NCBI GenBank assembly: GCA_038247415.1
Contig: JBBRUX010000042.1
Span: 1 to 32,696 of the forward strand
Length of the DNA stretch: 32,696 nucleotides
Origin: Chitinivibrionales bacterium
Lineage (GTDB): Bacteria > Fibrobacterota > Chitinivibrionia > Chitinivibrionales > WJKA01
Direction of reading: 5' to 3'
The position numbers were made by a program, and so were the translations under genes. Under the pieces are notes generated by a model. That model did not search any database, was not told the DNA's origin, and saw only the letters and a program-made list of their open reading frames with translations. Shown here piece after piece: positions 27,976-32,696 of this stretch (position 1 is the first letter of the stretch; each line of letters opens with the position of its first letter).

Positions 27976-29859
27976 TTATGCAAACATGTTTTTGGACATT
28001 TCCTCAAACGACATATCTTTCATTTCGGGCACTATGGCGCATACTTCTTCGTAAATAGTCCTAATGTTCCCGAGTTCAACACTCGATTTAAGATCGTGTA
28101 AAAACCGGGCAATGCGATCGGGATCGAAATTGACGTTCTTTTGCAAACGGATCTTGTCAAATTGCGTTTCGACTACGTTTTCTTGAGCCGATAGCAATTC
28201 TTCTTCTATTTTTTCGCCCACTCGCATACCAGAAAAAACGATCTCGATATCTTCGCCAACTCGCAGCCCCGAGAGCTCAATAAGATTTTTGGCAAGATCT
28301 GCAATATAAACAGGTTCTCCCATATCAAGAAGAAATATCGCATTTTTTTCGTGCAAGGTAGAAGCTTGCAAAACAAGTTGCACCGCTTCAGGTATGGACA
28401 TAAAAAAACGACGTGTTTCTGGGGAGGTTACCGTAACGGGCCCGCCTTCGCGGATCTGCTTTTGAAAAAGCGGAATAACACTACCGCTACTACCAAGCAC
28501 ATTGCCAAATCGAACTATATTAAAAAGCGTTTTTGATTGATGTCGTTCTAAAACCACGCGTTCTGCAAGACGTTTAGAAAGCCCCATGATACCGCGAGGA
28601 TTAACCGCCTTATCGGTTGATATCATGACAAATTGGCCAACACCGTACCGCTCTGCAAGAGCAGCAAGCAACCCTGTTCCAATAACATTATTTTTAAAAC
28701 ACGCAAGCGGGTTCCACTCCATAAGATGAACATGTTTATACGCTGCGGCATGAAAAACAAAATCGGGTTTATATTTTCTAAAAAGGAGCTCTAGCACACT
28801 CGTATCGAGAATTGATCCAACAACCGTATGTATTGCAATATCGGCATGCTGCTTTTTAAGATTAAGATCTATCGTATACGCATTTTCCTCACTCGCATCA
28901 ATCAAGATAAGCCGTGATGGTTTGTAGGCAGCAATCTGAAACGAAAGCTCCGATCCTATAGAGCCTCCTGCGCCAGTAATAACAACAACTTTGCCTGCAA
29001 GCTGCTTGCGCACGTGAGTATCATCGAGCGTAATATTAGGCCGCGAAAGCAAATCGTTTATAGACACATCGCGAATTTGATTTACCTTGAGTTTGCCGCT
29101 CATGATATCGAGCATAGAAGGAACAATTTTAAATTTAACGTCCCATTCGGGAATTTTAGCGTAGTCTATAATTTGCTTGACAACTTTATTGGTTGCCTCG
29201 GGGATGGCGATAAACACCTCATGAACACGATACTTAAGAATAAACATGCGAAGCTGAGAAAATTCTCCTAGGATTTTTAAACCTTGCAATCGCTTGCCAT
29301 GGCATGCTTTATCGTTATCGATAAACCCAACAGGAATATATTCCCGATTTCGGGCTGCTTTTATTGTTTTTGCAACTTCGTTGCCCGCAGTGCCTGCTCC
29401 TACGATAAGTAAATTGCGCGCGGTGTCGCTTTGTGGGGCAAACGATTCGCGATACATACGAATTGCAAACCGTGTTCCACCATTGAGAAAAACAAAGAGA
29501 GCAAAATTCATAAGCAAGATGGATCGAGGGTATCCCTCGAATCTGCCCGAAAGCCCTATGATGCAAAAGAAAAGTGCCGATGACAAAGCAGACGTCTTAA
29601 GAATATCCTTGAGGTCATCAACGCTCACATAGCGCCAAATGCCCTGATACAAATTAAAAAATGATGCCACCGTCATGAAAATGAGAACATTGATAGGAAG
29701 CGACCAGAGCAGATAGGGGAGATATCTTGCACCTCCCAATGTAAAATCGAATCGAAGAAGAAATGAAATAGTCAAAGCACCCGCAGCAAAGAGCGCATGC
29801 AAGAGAACCACTATATACAAACGATACTGAATAACTGGATACGGGAGTTGTTTAATCAT
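27976..29859 (-). CDS. Membrane-anchored UDP-GlcNAc 4,6-dehydratase (CapD/PglF/WbpM family)
   Basis: Four N-terminal TM segments, IVGAGTAG, ITGAGGSIGSEL, FHAAAYKHV, MISTDKAVNP..IMGLSK, VRFGNVLGSSGSVIP, RFFMSIPEA. Confidence 0.93.
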   Translation of the reverse strand: MIKQLPYPVIQYRLYIVVLLHALFAAGALTISFLLRFDFTLGGARYLPYLLWSLPINVLIFMTVASFFNLYQGIWRYVSVDDLKDILKTSALSSALFFCIIGLSGRFEGYPRSILLMNFALFVFLNGGTRFAIRMYRESFAPQSDTARNLLIVGAGTAGNEVAKTIKAARNREYIPVGFIDNDKACHGKRLQGLKILGEFSQLRMFILKYRVHEVFIAIPEATNKVVKQIIDYAKIPEWDVKFKIVPSMLDIMSGKLKVNQIRDVSINDLLSRPNITLDDTHVRKQLAGKVVVITGAGGSIGSELSFQIAAYKPSRLILIDASEENAYTIDLNLKKQHADIAIHTVVGSILDTSVLELLFRKYKPDFVFHAAAYKHVHLMEWNPLACFKNNVIGTGLLAALAERYGVGQFVMISTDKAVNPRGIMGLSKRLAERVVLERHQSKTLFNIVRFGNVLGSSGSVIPLFQKQIREGGPVTVTSPETRRFFMSIPEAVQLVLQASTLHEKNAIFLLDMGEPVYIADLAKNLIELSGLRVGEDIEIVFSGMRVGEKIEEELLSAQENVVETQFDKIRLQKNVNFDPDRIARFLHDLKSSVELGNIRTIYEEVCAIVPEMKDMSFEEMSKNMFA

Positions 29860-29874
29860 GCTTGAAGTGTTAGC

Positions 29875-31029
29875 CTACCTGGTTAATATTGTTGTGCAGA
29901 CCAGCGCTACACGCTCTAGGTCTTTTTTGGTAAGGTTGCTTCCGGAAGGTAAACAGAGGCCATTTTCAAAAAGTTTTTCTGAAATACCATTTGTATACAC
30001 TTTGCAATTTTTAAAAATTGGTTGCATGTGCATTGGCTTCCAAAGCGGCCGACTTTCGATATTGTGGGCCTCAAGTGCTAGCCTAATGTCCTCAGGCGTA
30101 CCTGCACAAGCAGCCGGATCGAGCGTTATGCACGTGAGCCATCTATTTGACATACCATAGGGAGCTTCTGGCATAAAATTGAGCCCAGGAATACCGACAA
30201 GCTTTTCTTGATACCACGTCGCGTTGGCTCGACGTTGACTAACGCGATCTGCGAGTACTTTTAGTTGCCCTCTGCCTATTCCTGCGCAGATATTGCTCAT
30301 ACGGTAATTATAGCCAATGTGCGTATGTTCGTAGTGTGGAGCGTTATCGCGTGCTTGGGTTGATAAAAAGCGTGCTTTTTCGATAGCGTCTTTATTCTCG
30401 GATACAAGCATGCCGCCACCCGACGTAGTAATAATCTTGTTTCCATTAAATGAATAGATGCCAAAATCTCCGAGTGTGCCCGATGCGCTACCCTTATAGG
30501 TTGCACCCAAAGACTCGGCTGCATCTTCGATCAGCACAATTCCGTTTTCTTTACATAATGCTATAATGGGATCTAGGTCGGCACTCTGGCCATATAAATT
30601 TACAACGATGCACGCTTTAGGAATTTTCCCGTTTCGCTTGGATTCTGCAAGTGCCTTTGCAAACAGTTCGGGGTCCATGTTCCACGTTTGCACCGTGCTA
30701 TCGATAAATACTGGATTTGCACCACAATACACAATAGGATTTGCGCTTGCAGAAAATGTAAATGTTGAGCAAAAGACATCATCGCCCACGCCAACACCCG
30801 CAAGAATAAGCGCCAAATGAATAGCCGATGTACCCGACGAAAGCGCAACCGCATGAGTTGCCCCTGTTATCGCACAGAGCTCCGATTCAAAAGCGGTAAT
30901 ATTTGGCCCAACAGGCGATATCCAATTGGTGACAAAAGCTTCGTGGATATACGATTCTTCGGTACCCCCCATATGTGGCGACGAAAGATACATGCGTGGA
31001 GGATGCATATTTTGGAGGTGCTGATTCAT
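29875..31029 (-). CDS. DegT/DnrJ/EryC1/StrS PLP-dependent sugar aminotransferase (PglE/EpsN-like)
   Basis: LSSGTSAIHLAL, TFSASANPI, IEDAAESLGA, SFNGNKIITTSGGG (PLP Lys), GYNYRMSN, ESRPLWKPMH, LCLPSGS. Confidence 0.95.
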   Translation of the reverse strand: MNQHLQNMHPPRMYLSSPHMGGTEESYIHEAFVTNWISPVGPNITAFESELCAITGATHAVALSSGTSAIHLALILAGVGVGDDVFCSTFTFSASANPIVYCGANPVFIDSTVQTWNMDPELFAKALAESKRNGKIPKACIVVNLYGQSADLDPIIALCKENGIVLIEDAAESLGATYKGSASGTLGDFGIYSFNGNKIITTSGGGMLVSENKDAIEKARFLSTQARDNAPHYEHTHIGYNYRMSNICAGIGRGQLKVLADRVSQRRANATWYQEKLVGIPGLNFMPEAPYGMSNRWLTCITLDPAACAGTPEDIRLALEAHNIESRPLWKPMHMQPIFKNCKVYTNGISEKLFENGLCLPSGSNLTKKDLERVALVCTTILTR

Positions 31030-31030
31030 A

Positions 31031-31681
31031 TCACACTTCTGGCAACTTTGGCATATTCAAAGATGGTGGAATAAGCGCAGGAACAAGTGTCATTAGAATA
31101 TACCTTACATCACCCCAAAAACTCCATTCCTGAGCATATCTTTTATTGATACTAACCTTATGCGGCCAAATACGTTCATTATTATAATGGGTAGGATTTG
31201 CTGCCTTTGCAAGCAATTCTTCTTCTTTGCGATACATGATACTCGCGGGGCCTGTTATTCCTGGTCGTAGGCACAGTAGTATCGCATCGTCGCCCACAAG
31301 TAAATCGGCATATCCGGCAACATCGGGCCGTGGGCCAACAAAGGACATGGTTCCCCGCAAAACATCAATCAATTGGGGCAGCTCATCGAGCTTCAAGCTT
31401 CTCAGTATCTTGCCTACAGGGGTTATTCGAGGATCGTGCGCTACCGTTATTGAAGTTCCAGCCTTTTCTCTCACATACATTGTCCTAAACTTATGCATTC
31501 GAATGATCTGCTTATGTCTACCAACTCTTTTTTGAATAAATAGTACCGAACCCCGCGATGTTAGTTTGATAGCACATCCTATTAACAACATGGGAATACT
31601 AAAAACGCACAGCCCCAGGCTTGCAAAAAGCAGATCGAACGATCTTTTGAGAGCGCAATCAAATGATGTCATTAAATCCAA
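31031..31681 (-). CDS. Monotopic phosphoglycosyl (sugar) transferase, PglC/WcaJ C-terminal family
   Basis: KRSFDLL plus one hydrophobic segment, KFRTM, DPRITPVGKILR..KLDELPQL, MSFVGPRP, RPGITG. The start could instead be ATG 31672. Confidence 0.92.
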   Translation of the reverse strand: MDLMTSFDCALKRSFDLLFASLGLCVFSIPMLLIGCAIKLTSRGSVLFIQKRVGRHKQIIRMHKFRTMYVREKAGTSITVAHDPRITPVGKILRSLKLDELPQLIDVLRGTMSFVGPRPDVAGYADLLVGDDAILLCLRPGITGPASIMYRKEEELLAKAANPTHYNNERIWPHKVSINKRYAQEWSFWGDVRYILMTLVPALIPPSLNMPKLPEV

Positions 31682-32457
31682 CCTAGCACGGTATAGGCTA
31701 TTAATCCATAATATTCATGCAGCGCCATAGTCGATTCGTACAACGCTCCACTTGACGGAAGAAAGTCGGCAATCGAATGAACAAGCTGCGCCGATGCCCT
31801 AAAATCGGTTGGTGCCGGAATAATGGTATACCCGTTTTTATTGAACACCCGCACCGACCGTTCCATATGAACAGCACTCGTTACTAAAATTATGCTTCGC
31901 GGCAATTTTAAAGAATCCAGCATTTTTCCAATTGTTGGACCATGATCCGCAGTATTTGCCGATGTGTTTTCGCAGAGCACCGCATTGGAATCCACGCCGC
32001 ATACGTCAACAAGTAGTCTTTTGTTAATAGTTGCCTCGGTCATAGATTCTTTACCAAACCAGTCGTGATAACCCCCGCTTGTGATAACAAGAGCCGATGC
32101 CTTTTGTTTGTAAATACGCGCCGCTGCAAATATCCTGTCGCCAAAATCGTTCGATTCCGGGTAAATTCGGGGCTTTTCGGGCGATACCCCTGCTCCACCT
32201 AAAAGAACAATCGCAGAAGCCTGCGGATACTTTACCAGCGGATTATACCGAGCTTCGAGATTGCGCACTAACAGATGCGATACGGCATCGGTAGAAAACA
32301 AATACAAAATAAGAATGCCGCCAACCATAATTCCCTTACCACTTCTTTTGCGTTTTAAAGCACTTAGTATAAACCCTGCTGCAAGTAGCGCTAATGAGAA
32401 GCCTAGTGGATAGGTGAATACTGGGGCGAACATTGATACACTATGAATGGGGGACAT
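31672..32457 (-). CDS. YdcF/ElyC (DUF218) family membrane protein
   Basis: Two N-terminal TM helices, LEARY, AIVLLGG, VITSGG, ENTSANTADH, LVTSAVHMERS, IPAPTDF, ALHEYYGL. Start uncertain (32472, 32457 or 32433). Confidence 0.88.
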   Translation of the reverse strand: MSPIHSVSMFAPVFTYPLGFSLALLAAGFILSALKRKRSGKGIMVGGILILYLFSTDAVSHLLVRNLEARYNPLVKYPQASAIVLLGGAGVSPEKPRIYPESNDFGDRIFAAARIYKQKASALVITSGGYHDWFGKESMTEATINKRLLVDVCGVDSNAVLCENTSANTADHGPTIGKMLDSLKLPRSIILVTSAVHMERSVRVFNKNGYTIIPAPTDFRASAQLVHSIADFLPSSGALYESTMALHEYYGLIAYTVLGWI

Positions 32458-32696
32458 GGGGATCCTTTGCATATAGATAAAAATTTAAGCTGGAAAGGGC
32501 CAGGTGGCCCTTTATATCCAACTTGGAAAATGCTTTCCTTGAGAGCCCAACCCCCTACCCCCACACTTGGGGGTTTACAGAACACAAACGAAAACATTTA
32601 ATTCTGATTGGATTTTATACTGCTCTTTTTTTGTAAACACCCATTCACTTCGTCCAGGATCAGCGTGAGGATTACGGGCGTGTGCTGTTTGAGGCC

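Overview
Bacterial chromosomal segment of about 45% GC. It most likely comes from the FCB superphylum (Fibrobacterota/Chitinivibrionia-like); this is inferred from the T9SS-type 'YPNPF' C-terminal sorting domains combined with canonical sigma70 promoters and Shine-Dalgarno sites. The left half (1-16.4 kb) is an accessory surface-protein locus. It holds a perfect 6 x 17-bp tandem array and two giant secreted modular proteins (~2490 aa and 1920 aa, minus strand). Between them sits an oppositely oriented GH36 alpha-galactosidase bracketed by direct copies of a GTAG-type REP-like palindrome. The right half is mostly housekeeping: tilS, tRNA(CAU), mutS, scpB, scpA, glmS, degP/htrA and kup, followed by a pglF/pglE/pglC-like sugar cluster with a YdcF/ElyC gene. 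Four observations stand out. (1) The 2.5-kaa protein contains two diverged copies of an uncharacterised scaffold module, each carrying different binding domains inserted into internal loops, with matching GC mosaicism. (2) The 1920-aa protein has an apparently circularly permuted CBM-like domain at its N-terminal tip. (3) Both giant proteins are dense in D-(S/T)-hydrophobic O-glycosylation-like sequons, and a pgl-like cluster lies in the same window. (4) The alpha-galactosidase looks like a REP-bounded cassette. No database searches were run; domain names come from motif recognition by eye.
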